Source: Candidatus Hermodarchaeota archaeon
Lineage (GTDB): Archaea; Asgardarchaeota; Lokiarchaeia; Sigyniarchaeales; SOKP01
DNA length: 58,409 nt
Assembly: GCA_048885525.1 (NCBI GenBank)
Contig: JBHLLP010000021.1
Location: 1-58,409 of the forward strand
Direction of reading: 5' to 3'
Under the pieces are notes generated by a model that saw only the letters and a program-made list of their open reading frames with translations, was not told the DNA's origin and searched no databases. How positions within the stretch are numbered: position 1 is the stretch's first letter; every line of letters starts with the position of its first letter. The position numbers and the translations under genes are program-made. Shown here piece by piece: positions 9,385-18,774 of this stretch.

Positions 9385-11982
9385 ATGCGAATTCCAGAGA
9401 AAAAAGATATTATAAAATTAGTCGTTGTAATGGTTATAACTGCTGTGATTATGACAGCATTTTCGATACCAATATTAACCATTTCTTCTTTGGGTGGTGT
9501 TTTTTTTCCGGGAGATGGTTTTTGGAAGATTCCTGGTGAAGTGCCTAGATATGGTTCGGAAGAAATTCCAGGACTTCTTGATGAGGTAATTATTATTAGG
9601 GATGAATGGGGAGTTCCACATATCTATGGAGAGAATGAGTTAGATGTGTATTTTGCTATGGGGTATTGTCATGCTCAAGATAGACTATTTCAAATGGATA
9701 TGTTTAGGCGATTTGCTAGAGGGCGGCTAGCAGAGATTTTAGGTGAATCTTTCCTAGGAGAGGATAAATTACATCTAGCATCAGGGATGGAATATTGGGC
9801 AAATATTAGCATTCAAAAAGTAAGAGAGATGCAAGCTTCAGGAGAGATTGATTTTATTCCGATTATTGAAAGATATCTTGATGGTATTAATCATTATATA
9901 AGTACCCACAGAGATTCCAAACCTTTAGAGTATTATTTATTAAATTTTGAACCATCTGAATTCACTCTATTAGATATGATGTCAATTTTAAAGTTCATGT
10001 CCTTTTATTATTCATGGGGTTATGAAGATTTATATCGATTAATCAATTTTAATGCTTTTAATGCTATTAATGCCAGTTGGTACCCAGAACTTTATCCCAA
10101 ATATAGACCTTATCAAATTCCAGTATGTCCGAATTATGGGAGCTTTCTAAAAATTTCAGCTTCTAGCATGTCTGCTCCTCAAATTGAATCTAAATTAATA
10201 TATACAGTTTCAGATTTTTTAAATAAAGTAGAACAAATAGACTCACAAAAAGAATTAATAGAATCCCAGTTTTCTCGAGGTTCAAATAATTGGGTTGTTG
10301 ATGGTATGTTGAGTAGTACTGGCGCACCGATTTTGTGTAATGACCAACATTGGGGATGGCCACTTCCACAATTTCTTTATGAAACTCATTTAATCTCATC
10401 TGATAAAGACCTTAACTTTTTTGGATATACTGTACCTGGACTTACTTTTCCAATTGTAGGATATAATCAATATCTTGGGTGGGGATCTACAATATTCGTC
10501 GCAGATCAATTGGATTGGTATTATTTTGATATTTTAGATAATGATCATTACATCTATAATGGAAGTTCCTTAGAATATACAACAAGGAATTATCAAATTA
10601 AAGTGAGAGGTCGAGCTCCTGTAGAATTTATGGTTAAAGACACAGTTCATGGTCCTGTAATGAATGATATTTTAAGTAGTGGAACTATTCCAGACTCACT
10701 TGAAGATCCTGATATTATCTTAACTGCAAAATGGGTTCCAAATCAAGTTACATATGAATGGCTGGCTGTTTATAAAATGATCAATTCTAAGAATAGGGCA
10801 GAATTTGATAATGGTTCAAATTATTGGGATATGCCTCCTATAAATTTTGTATACGGAGATATATATGGAAATATCGCTATACGTCCTACTGGTAAAGTCC
10901 CAATTAGAGATGATTCAAAAATACCATCATGGTATTATGGAAATGGGTCACTGCCATATAATGGATCTAACGGAGAAGGAGATTGGATTGGATATGTACC
11001 ATTTGATGAATTGCCTAATTCCGTTAACCCAGCTCAACATTATTTAGCATCTTCAAACCAGATTGCAGCTGGGCCAGAATATACAGACTATTTCTTGCAA
11101 AATGATTGTGCTGAGGGTTATAGGGCTAGAAGAGTTAATTATGTATTGAACAACTCGGCACCCGGGAGTATAGATATATCTTTTATGACAGCACTTCTTT
11201 CTGACGTAAATTCAACTATGGGTTTAGCATTTACTCCCCATATAATAAAGGCTATCGAAGATCATTATGGATTAAATCCTACTGGTCAAATAGGCAATGT
11301 TTTAACATTATTAAAGAATTGGGATTATGTAATGGATAAAGATTTGGCAGCTCCAACAATTTATCGTAAATGGCGTGATTATTTCAGAGAATTTACATTT
11401 GATGATGAATTTGAAACCTATAGCGCAATAGGAAATCCCAGATGGAGTATTTTGGAATATTTCATGAAAGAAAAAGAAAATTCACACTGGTTTAATAATA
11501 TTAATACTCCTCTTATCAATGAGTCCCGAGATGATATAATATTACTCGCATTAAATAGTACTATTGAATGGCTTGAAAATTTTTATGGGACTGCTGATCC
11601 ATCAAATTGGAGATGGGGAGATATCCATAAATATTATTTCACTAGTATAACCTATTTAGATGCATTAAGCAAAGGACCATATGATGGTGATGGTGAAGGA
11701 TATACAGTTCATCCCTCAGGCGCAAATATTAGGGATGGTGTAGGATATTCCGGCGGGGGTGCTGCTCACAGGATAATTATTGATTTTAGTAATCTAAGTA
11801 ACTCGAGAACTGTAATAGCTGGTGGACAAAGAGGATTATCGAATTCAAAACATTATGCTGATCAGTTAGAACAGTTATTTCTACAAGGAAAACTTCATTA
11901 TACATATTCCGGATATACTACATCAACATTTCCATCAAAAATAATTGAATCAATCATATATTTAAATCCTATGGGGGGTTAA
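9385..11982 (+). CDS. Penicillin acylase family (Ntn hydrolase), N-terminal membrane anchor
   Basis: RDEWGVPHIYG, HAQDRLFQMD, catalytic GSNNW, NDQH, WRWGDIH. Confidence 0.93.
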   Translation: MRIPEKKDIIKLVVVMVITAVIMTAFSIPILTISSLGGVFFPGDGFWKIPGEVPRYGSEEIPGLLDEVIIIRDEWGVPHIYGENELDVYFAMGYCHAQDRLFQMDMFRRFARGRLAEILGESFLGEDKLHLASGMEYWANISIQKVREMQASGEIDFIPIIERYLDGINHYISTHRDSKPLEYYLLNFEPSEFTLLDMMSILKFMSFYYSWGYEDLYRLINFNAFNAINASWYPELYPKYRPYQIPVCPNYGSFLKISASSMSAPQIESKLIYTVSDFLNKVEQIDSQKELIESQFSRGSNNWVVDGMLSSTGAPILCNDQHWGWPLPQFLYETHLISSDKDLNFFGYTVPGLTFPIVGYNQYLGWGSTIFVADQLDWYYFDILDNDHYIYNGSSLEYTTRNYQIKVRGRAPVEFMVKDTVHGPVMNDILSSGTIPDSLEDPDIILTAKWVPNQVTYEWLAVYKMINSKNRAEFDNGSNYWDMPPINFVYGDIYGNIAIRPTGKVPIRDDSKIPSWYYGNGSLPYNGSNGEGDWIGYVPFDELPNSVNPAQHYLASSNQIAAGPEYTDYFLQNDCAEGYRARRVNYVLNNSAPGSIDISFMTALLSDVNSTMGLAFTPHIIKAIEDHYGLNPTGQIGNVLTLLKNWDYVMDKDLAAPTIYRKWRDYFREFTFDDEFETYSAIGNPRWSILEYFMKEKENSHWFNNINTPLINESRDDIILLALNSTIEWLENFYGTADPSNWRWGDIHKYYFTSITYLDALSKGPYDGDGEGYTVHPSGANIRDGVGYSGGGAAHRIIIDFSNLSNSRTVIAGGQRGLSNSKHYADQLEQLFLQGKLHYTYSGYTTSTFPSKIIESIIYLNPMGG

Positions 11983-11988
11983 AAGCAC

Positions 11989-12396
11989 ATGAAGTCTAAA
12001 AATGAAGATTTTTTGATTGGGATTATTACAGCATTTCTCTTTGCCTCTATTATTACTATGTTGCCAGTTTGGCAATTAATTATAATCCCGGGAATTATCG
12101 CAGGGTTGCTAAATAAAACTATGAGAAGAGCTGCATTAGCAGGAGGAATTGGTACATTAATGGCTTGGAGCTTATATATGATATCTGGATTAATATTGAA
12201 AAATGTATATTTGATCTTCAACCAATTTGGGGCTTTGATTCTTGGGGCGGGTTTCGGTTGGTTGTTAATAATCATTGTTTTTTTGATGGGTTTTGTATTT
12301 GGAGTTTTAGGAGGAGTATTAGGATATCTATTAAACATAGTAGTCATCGTAAATATAAGAACAACAATCGAGAGAAATTCAGGAGAAAAATTATAA
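11989..12396 (+). CDS. Small multi-TM membrane protein, probably co-transcribed with the acylase
   Basis: Hydrophobic Gly-rich helices; starts 6 nt after the acylase stop. Confidence 0.75.
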   Translation: MKSKNEDFLIGIITAFLFASIITMLPVWQLIIIPGIIAGLLNKTMRRAALAGGIGTLMAWSLYMISGLILKNVYLIFNQFGALILGAGFGWLLIIIVFLMGFVFGVLGGVLGYLLNIVVIVNIRTTIERNSGEKL

Positions 12397-12542
12397 AACC
12401 TAAATTTATTAATTTTTTTTAAAGAAGTAATTTTTTATGTGAAATCAGTATTACAGAAAAAGCTATTAATAGAAGGAAACGTATTTTAGCATTAATAATT
12501 AGTGGAATTTATGTTGTTATAATTTTACCAATCATCGTCATT

Positions 12543-12935
12543 TTGGTTTCTTTATATATTGATTCGTTATTTAACTTTCCAAAATTTGTCCCTATTCCAA
12601 TTAATATGATAATAGCTATTATTTTATTAGTTAATGGTTTTTTTTGGGCTATTTGGTCAAATATTGAGCTATATAGGAGAGGAAAAGGAAGTCCTGTTCC
12701 CTTGAAAGGAACTCACACTACAGTATTAGTTATCAAAGGTCCCTATAAATATACGAGAAATCCTATGATTTTTGGATATATTCTAATCTGGATTGGGCTA
12801 AGCTTTCTTATTAATTCAATATTTCTTTTATTAGGTTTTACTTTGATAATAATAATCCTACTAATTATCTTTGTTAAAGTGTGGGAAGAGAAAAATTTAG
12901 AAAAGAGATTTGGTAATTCCTACACAGAGTATTAA
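12543..12935 (+). CDS. ICMT/PEMT-family membrane methyltransferase, probably degraded
   Basis: GKGSPVP, LVIKGPYKYTRNPM, EEKNLEKRFG; reading past the TAA gives *KNVSFLFP, the expected family tail; upstream hydrophobic frame lacks an in-frame ATG. Confidence 0.75.
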   Translation: MVSLYIDSLFNFPKFVPIPINMIIAIILLVNGFFWAIWSNIELYRRGKGSPVPLKGTHTTVLVIKGPYKYTRNPMIFGYILIWIGLSFLINSIFLLLGFTLIIIILLIIFVKVWEEKNLEKRFGNSYTEY

Positions 12936-13141
12936 AAAAATGTATCCTTTCTCTTTCCTTTACCATCCAAGAAATATGGAGTTCATTAAAATTTAAGAGT
13001 TGGTTAATAAACAGAACAATTTTTATTTTTCTGATTTTGATAATAGAGGAGAAGAATAATTATAGTTTAATCATATAGGATAAAATAAAATATTAAATTA
13101 ATATTAAAGAAATTTTATTAGAAGAATAAAAGAGGATCAAC

Positions 13142-13483
13142 TTGAATATGGAAGAAGAAATTAAAAAAGTAGAAGAAGGAGCTAAAAAGAAAGAAACTTA
13201 CATCATAGGTAGAGCCGATCAAGAGTATGCTCCTAAATTAGATGAAATAGAAGTAAAGCTAGGTCCAATTCGGGAGGAATTTAAAGCAGTTGAAAAATCT
13301 CTAGAGGATTTGAATATTAAGATAAAGATGATAAAAAAAAGGAAGACAGAATTAATTTTAGCAGCGCAGCCTTTAATGAAAGAGTTAAAAAATATTAATA
13401 AAGAAAAAGCAAAATATCTACAGAAGGAACTAAAAGCAATCACTAAAGAAAAGAATATTAAAAAGAAAGCGATTAAAAAATAA
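13142..13483 (+). CDS. Coiled-coil protein (paralog of 2129..2524)
   Basis: Shared AKKKE.Y...P KL/I.EIE segment and LKAI.KEK C-terminus; AGAGGA RBS. Confidence 0.75.
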   Translation: MNMEEEIKKVEEGAKKKETYIIGRADQEYAPKLDEIEVKLGPIREEFKAVEKSLEDLNIKIKMIKKRKTELILAAQPLMKELKNINKEKAKYLQKELKAITKEKNIKKKAIKK

Positions 13484-13505
13484 TTATTATAAATAAAACC
13501 TATCT

Positions 13506-14843
13506 TTATTTAATTTTATATTGACTTTTCAGGAAATTAATGATATAATCCTTTACTTTATTACGATCGGGCAAACTAGCAACCATACCATATATCGCAG
13601 CATCTCCATCAGTAGATTCTCCTGGATTTTCAACAACTTCATTAACGGTTTCTCTGAGATCTTTCAAGAATGTATCAACAATTTCAGAATGATGAGGATT
13701 AACCATCATATGTAAGGCATTAGGGAATTGAATTCGGTCTAAATGCCACCCTTTCTTATCCAAAAGATCTCCTAAATGATAAATGTCAATCTTATCAGAC
13801 GTAAAAGAAAATACGCTCATTACTGGTTCTCCAATAATATATAATTCTGGTATCTGATTAATTCCTTCAATTAACTTCTTTGAGGCATTCATAACAATTT
13901 TTGCTAAATTTAAATATCCATTCATCCCTAAGTGTTTCATAGCGGCCCATGCTGCCGCTATCGCTCCCCCTGGACGAGTACCTCTCATAGATGGCGAAAT
14001 ATAGATGCCTCCTTCCCAATCTGTATATACAGAAAATTGATGTTTCCATACTCTTTCTTTCCGATAGAGAATTGTAGATGCTCCTTTCGCACCATAACCA
14101 TATTTATGAACATCGGCAGAAATTGAAGTTACACCGGGAACAGAAAAATCAAAATCAGGAACTTCATAACCCAGTTTCTTTACAAAGGGTAGCATAAATC
14201 CTCCAAGGCAGCTATCGACATGTAATCCAATTCCTTTTTCTTGGGCGATTTCACCAAGTTCAGAAATAGGATCTACTACGCCTCTTGGAAAATCGCAAGC
14301 AGATCCAACCATCATAATTGTGTTATTTGTTAATGCGTTCTCCATAGCTTTTATATCTGCACGATAAGTTTCTTTATCTACCGGTACTCTTACAGATTTC
14401 ACTTTAAAATAGTCTGCTGCTTTTTCAAACGCGGGGTGGGCAGAGCTAGGTAAAACCATTTCTGGCGCTGTAATGTTTGGAAATTTTTCTTCTGCCCAAT
14501 CTCTATACGTTTTTACAGCCATTAGAATGCTTTCGGTTCCTCCAGAAGTCATACTTCCACAAGATCGTTTATCTCCATTAAATAAGTCAACAGCCATGGA
14601 AATAACTTCTGTTTCGAACTTCTTTAGACTTGGAAAGGCTATTGGACTTAATGCATTCTTAGAGAAAAACATTGTATATGCTTTTTTGAGCATTTCAGTG
14701 TGTTCATCTGTCGCATGATATACTAAGCTCCATATTTTACCATCTCTCCAATTTATATCATCTTTACGTATTTGTTCCATTTCTTTCAGGACATCTTCCT
14801 CAGATAATCCGTTTTCTGGTAAAACAACTTTCGGTCTAGCCAT
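13506..14843 (-). CDS. PLP-dependent group II decarboxylase/lyase, sphingosine-1-phosphate lyase-like
   Basis: WRDGKIWSLVY, TSGGTESILMAVK, HVDSCLGGF, SISADVHKYGY (PLP Lys), GTRPGGAIAAAWA. Confidence 0.85.
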   Translation of the reverse strand: MARPKVVLPENGLSEEDVLKEMEQIRKDDINWRDGKIWSLVYHATDEHTEMLKKAYTMFFSKNALSPIAFPSLKKFETEVISMAVDLFNGDKRSCGSMTSGGTESILMAVKTYRDWAEEKFPNITAPEMVLPSSAHPAFEKAADYFKVKSVRVPVDKETYRADIKAMENALTNNTIMMVGSACDFPRGVVDPISELGEIAQEKGIGLHVDSCLGGFMLPFVKKLGYEVPDFDFSVPGVTSISADVHKYGYGAKGASTILYRKERVWKHQFSVYTDWEGGIYISPSMRGTRPGGAIAAAWAAMKHLGMNGYLNLAKIVMNASKKLIEGINQIPELYIIGEPVMSVFSFTSDKIDIYHLGDLLDKKGWHLDRIQFPNALHMMVNPHHSEIVDTFLKDLRETVNEVVENPGESTDGDAAIYGMVASLPDRNKVKDYIINFLKSQYKIK

Positions 14844-14919
14844 TTTATTTTCACATAAGACTTTTTTTTTAAATATGTTTAGTGAATTTTAAAATAATAA
14901 TTATTCTAACCCCTAATTC

Positions 14920-16074
14920 TTAAAATTTGAGGGGATATTTCCCATATTCTAAAGTAGCTTCAATCATCCATTTTAAGCGATCCACAGATATTTCGGGGTG
15001 AAAATTAGCTGGAGATAACATAAATCCACCTTCAGAGCCCAATGCTTTGATTGCATCTTTCACAGCTTGAATAACTTCATTTTTTTGTGCTTTTACCAAG
15101 ATATGTCTAGTATCAATATTTCCAGATAAACATAATTTATCACCTACCTTTTTCTTGACAAAATAAGGATCTACTAAAGGAGGTTCTAAGCATTGGAGTG
15201 CATCGAAACCAGATTCAACTATAAAATCTAAAAGACTGGTAATGTCTCCATCAGTATGTAAGATATATTTTCCGCCCCAATCATGAATAGTTTCTGCTAC
15301 TTCTTGATAACAAGGTAATAAATATTTATAAAAGTATTTTGGGTTTATCATTGGTCCTCCACTATGCGCAATATCTCCACCCTCTAAAAAAATTTTGGCA
15401 CCACAATCTGAGTATGCTTTAAATACAGTTAAAACGAAATCTGTTGTGTATCTGAAGCGTTCCTCAATTAATTTCGTATCATTTTTCAAAGCTCTTACGA
15501 AATAATTCATTCCCATTCCTTGCCACACAGGTGGAAAGACTGACGTTAGGGCGTTTTGAGCAAATATACATATCTCATCTTTTATATCACGGCACTTCCT
15601 AACAACTCCTTTATAAAATTTTTTAGCTCTTCTGTATTCTTCTTTTAAATCTGGTTTAGGATATGCTTCCCAGTCTGCTCTATTTTTAATATATCCACCA
15701 TAATAATCGGGATAAGGATTTCCGTCAATATTCCTTACTTTATGTCGCTTCCCAAATATATCTGTCATTTCCGTTTGACTTTCGAGGAGAAATGGGATAT
15801 ATTGAATACCAACTCCGTCAAAGCCTAGTTTATAGCCAGCTCGAACTGTTTTAGCAAAAACACCAATTTCAATATCATCCAGAATTTCATTAATTTTTTC
15901 TACCCATTCATCGGGATATTTTTGTTCCATTTCATCAAAAACATCAAATGCCGTTTTTTCTGGTTTTCCTAAGATTTTATCAGCAACATTTCCATCAATG
16001 TTTATTGTATGAGTCGGAATCCTATCTGGTTCTTCAAGATTCAATGCAGCCCAAATTCTTTCAAAACTATTCAT
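14920..16074 (-). CDS. Uroporphyrinogen decarboxylase / MtaA-like family protein
   Basis: Start refined to MNSFERI...EEPDRIP; GDIAH, ILHTDG, LCLSGNID, GGFMLSP. Confidence 0.85.
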   Translation of the reverse strand: MNSFERIWAALNLEEPDRIPTHTINIDGNVADKILGKPEKTAFDVFDEMEQKYPDEWVEKINEILDDIEIGVFAKTVRAGYKLGFDGVGIQYIPFLLESQTEMTDIFGKRHKVRNIDGNPYPDYYGGYIKNRADWEAYPKPDLKEEYRRAKKFYKGVVRKCRDIKDEICIFAQNALTSVFPPVWQGMGMNYFVRALKNDTKLIEERFRYTTDFVLTVFKAYSDCGAKIFLEGGDIAHSGGPMINPKYFYKYLLPCYQEVAETIHDWGGKYILHTDGDITSLLDFIVESGFDALQCLEPPLVDPYFVKKKVGDKLCLSGNIDTRHILVKAQKNEVIQAVKDAIKALGSEGGFMLSPANFHPEISVDRLKWMIEATLEYGKYPLKF

Positions 16075-16215
16075 ATTGATAATTTCGATTTCGGATAATT
16101 TAATTATTTTATTATTTACAATTAAAAGAAGAAGGAATGTTCGTTTTTTCCAAAAATTTGACATTAAGAAATTTAATATATTCATAAATTATTTTTAAAT
16201 AAAGGTGATTCTTTT

Positions 16216-17172
16216 TTGCGAGTAAATCATGTTGATTTTCTTCTTACATTTAAATGTACAGCGAAATGTCAACATTGTAGTTATAAAGCGGGACCAGATC
16301 GAACTGGATGTATTAAACCGAAAGAATCTTTAAAATATTTAAAAGAATTGACGACATTAAAACCGTTAGAATCTGTTTGGGTTCATGGAGGTGAGCCTTT
16401 TCTGTATTTTGATTATTTAGAGGATGTAATAAAACAAGCGAAAAATTTGGATATTCCTTGTAGAGGTGTCATTACAAATAGTTACTGGGCAAAAAACAAG
16501 AAAATTGCCAAGAAGAAGTTAGAAAAATTAAAAAATCTTGGATTAACAGCATTAACATTCAGCACCGATTTTTTCCATCAAGAATATATCCCTATAGAAT
16601 ATGTTAGAAATGCCCTTATGAGTGCAGTAGCACTTAGATTTGAAAAAATATTTGTAGATAGTTATTTCGTAGGTGAAATTACTTCGGATAATGATTTTAA
16701 TCAAATAACGAAAAAAAATTTAGAGATATTAGGAGAAATTAAGGATGTTGAATACCATAGATTACCTATGAGTATAGAGGGGCGTGGTACTGCTTTAGCA
16801 CAATATGCAAAATTAGGAGAAGAAATACCATCAGGAATGTGTCCAATGCCTTTCTGGATAGATGGAGATCTCAAAAACCCAGACACTATTGAAATTGATT
16901 GTGATGGTAATGTGACACTTTGTCCGGGAATTTGTTTAGGGAATACTAATATCCAATCTTTAACTAAAATTTTGCAAGATTATGATGTTGATAATCATCC
17001 CATTTTATCCGTTATTTCTAAGGAAGGACCTATAGGATTATTAAAACTTGCTAAAGAAAAAGGATTTCAGCAACCTCAAAAGTTTGTTAGTGAATGTCAT
17101 ATGTGTTATGAATCAAGAAAGTATTTAAAATCATACTATCCCTACTCTTTAGCCCCTAAATATTGCTATTAG
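16216..17172 (+). CDS. Radical SAM protein
   Basis: CTAKCQHC (CxxxCxxC), HGGEPFL, VITNSYW; AAGGTGA RBS before TTG. Confidence 0.9.
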   Translation: MRVNHVDFLLTFKCTAKCQHCSYKAGPDRTGCIKPKESLKYLKELTTLKPLESVWVHGGEPFLYFDYLEDVIKQAKNLDIPCRGVITNSYWAKNKKIAKKKLEKLKNLGLTALTFSTDFFHQEYIPIEYVRNALMSAVALRFEKIFVDSYFVGEITSDNDFNQITKKNLEILGEIKDVEYHRLPMSIEGRGTALAQYAKLGEEIPSGMCPMPFWIDGDLKNPDTIEIDCDGNVTLCPGICLGNTNIQSLTKILQDYDVDNHPILSVISKEGPIGLLKLAKEKGFQQPQKFVSECHMCYESRKYLKSYYPYSLAPKYCY

Positions 17173-17241
17173 TTATAATTTGTCAACTTATAAATTTAAT
17201 TGAATAAAAAAAAAATTTATTATTTTATCTAATTTATTTTA

Positions 17242-17763
17242 TTAAACCGGAAAGCTTTGTACTATTAATGTACAGTATCCAATAGAATTAATAGCAACAG
17301 TAGAACGCACAAACATAGAAATATTATGAGGACCAGCTGACCATCCTTCAATAAAATATTGTAAGGAGACTGATTGATAGTAATATGTATTGTTTCCATA
17401 AAATGTTCCTACTCGAGCAACTGGATCGCTTATTATTATCTCATCAAGATAATAATTAAAAATTAAATCTGATCTACCAGAAACACTTCCTTCTAAATAA
17501 GCAACTCCTGTAAATAAGAGATAAATTGAAGCTTGAGTTTTTAAATCTATGGTTAAAGACATATTTGGAATTGTTAAATAGGTATTTATAGTGGTCACAT
17601 CGTAGATAGCTCCATAGTATCGGTACCAAGTTTCTTGTGGTTCTAATCCAATCATCTGTGATTGGATGTTATTTTGAGTGTTCCAAATTATGAATGCAAA
17701 ACCAAGACCCCCAGCACCTAAGAGTATTCCTATTAAGCCTAAAATAGCTCCACCTTTTCCCAT
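17242..17763 (-). CDS. N-terminally anchored beta-rich surface protein, copy 1
   Basis: MGKGGAILGLIGILLGAGG TM segment followed by a beta-strand-rich domain ending AGPHNISM. Confidence 0.8.
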   Translation of the reverse strand: MGKGGAILGLIGILLGAGGLGFAFIIWNTQNNIQSQMIGLEPQETWYRYYGAIYDVTTINTYLTIPNMSLTIDLKTQASIYLLFTGVAYLEGSVSGRSDLIFNYYLDEIIISDPVARVGTFYGNNTYYYQSVSLQYFIEGWSAGPHNISMFVRSTVAINSIGYCTLIVQSFPV

Positions 17764-17802
17764 TATAATCGACCCTATAATTTTAGATTTTTAATATTAA
17801 GT

Positions 17803-17852
17803 TTTTTGGATAGTATGAAGGAATTAAGACGCATTAGTTTTAAACGTTTATG
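17803..17852 (-). promoter_or_regulatory. Conserved promoter/leader block, copy 1
   Basis: 27-bp and 15-bp blocks identical to 18598-18647 with the same 8-nt spacer; TTTAAAA TATA-like element on the minus strand. Confidence 0.7.
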
Positions 17853-18043
17853 ATAACATAACGAATATTTCTTATTTTTGGATGAAAGTATATTTTACAT
17901 TTTTACTCCCAATCTTTCCAACTCTTTAACTCCTAAAGATTTTTACTTGTTATTTTTCATTAGTTTTTACTTATTACAATGTTTTAATTGAGAGTTTGTC
18001 TTTATATCTTTATTCAGAGAAAAAAAAAGTAAGAAATTTTATA

Positions 18044-18559
18044 TTATATTGAACTTTGAACGAAGAGCGTCATTTCTGATATTTCATTTACAGCGGTCCC
18101 TGATGATACTTCCACTGTAACATTATGATTTCCTGCAAGCATATTTTCTATAGAATGCTGTAAATTTACTGAAAAATAATCTTTCGCTGAACCACCATTG
18201 AGACTTCCAACTTGAGCTACTGGGTTGTCAAGACGTACTCCATCTACTTTAAAAAAGAAAAATACTGAATAAGTTCCGGTAGCAGGATAAATCTCAGCCT
18301 GACAAGTAAATGACATATAAACTGAAGCAGTTGAGGTTAATTCAAATGAAATGGTTAAATTTGTTAATTCTAATACTGTAGCAGCAGGAGAAACCAGAAA
18401 TGTGGAATAATCTGTTACGTACCATGTATCAATATTTTCACCAGTACCGACTTGAGTTTGGATTGTATTTAGTGAACTCCAAGCAATAAATCCAAATACT
18501 AGCCCTCCAGCTCCTAAGAGTATCCCTATTAATCCTAAAACAGCTCCACCTTTTCCCAT
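18044..18559 (-). CDS. N-terminally anchored beta-rich surface protein, copy 2
   Basis: MGKGGAVLGLIGILLGAGG; paralog of 17242..17763 (AGNHNVTV). Confidence 0.8.
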   Translation of the reverse strand: MGKGGAVLGLIGILLGAGGLVFGFIAWSSLNTIQTQVGTGENIDTWYVTDYSTFLVSPAATVLELTNLTISFELTSTASVYMSFTCQAEIYPATGTYSVFFFFKVDGVRLDNPVAQVGSLNGGSAKDYFSVNLQHSIENMLAGNHNVTVEVSSGTAVNEISEMTLFVQSSI

Positions 18560-18597
18560 TATAATCTACTCACGAATTTTTTGATTTTAAATTAAAA

Positions 18598-18647
18598 TTT
18601 TTGGATAGTATGAAGGAATTAAGAAACTCTCATTTTAAACGTTTATG
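18598..18647 (-). promoter_or_regulatory. Conserved promoter/leader block, copy 2
   Basis: TTTTTGGATAGTATGAAGGAATTAAGA-N8-TTTTAAACGTTTATG, identical to 17803-17852. Confidence 0.7.
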
Positions 18648-18774
18648 TTGGATTAATGAATAATACTTAATGTAAGATGAAAATATTTTAATAAGGGATT
18701 AATGATACAAAATCTTGAAGTTAATCATTTAATAAATGTTTAGAAATAAATTTTGATTTTATTTTTTTAAGACA

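Noticed and set aside
1868-12935. TAA recoding (in-frame TAA at 1868-1870 and 12933-12935)
   Set aside because: TAA is the dominant true stop codon for intact genes in this window; point mutations are the simpler explanation.
1638-14718. Short overlapping ORFs (e.g. 1638-1841, 2215-2532, 3996-4226, 6284-6601, 11979-12347, 13219-13443, 13521-14718)
   Set aside because: They overlap better-supported genes on the opposite strand or in another frame and have no motifs.
16075-16185. N-terminal extension of the UroD-like ORF
   Set aside because: The family N-terminus begins at MNSFERI; the extension spans the divergent promoter region.
17700-17763. Class III (pilin/archaellin) signal peptide in the MGKGG proteins
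   Set aside because: No +5 acidic residue and no nearby pilus assembly genes; treated as a simple membrane anchor.
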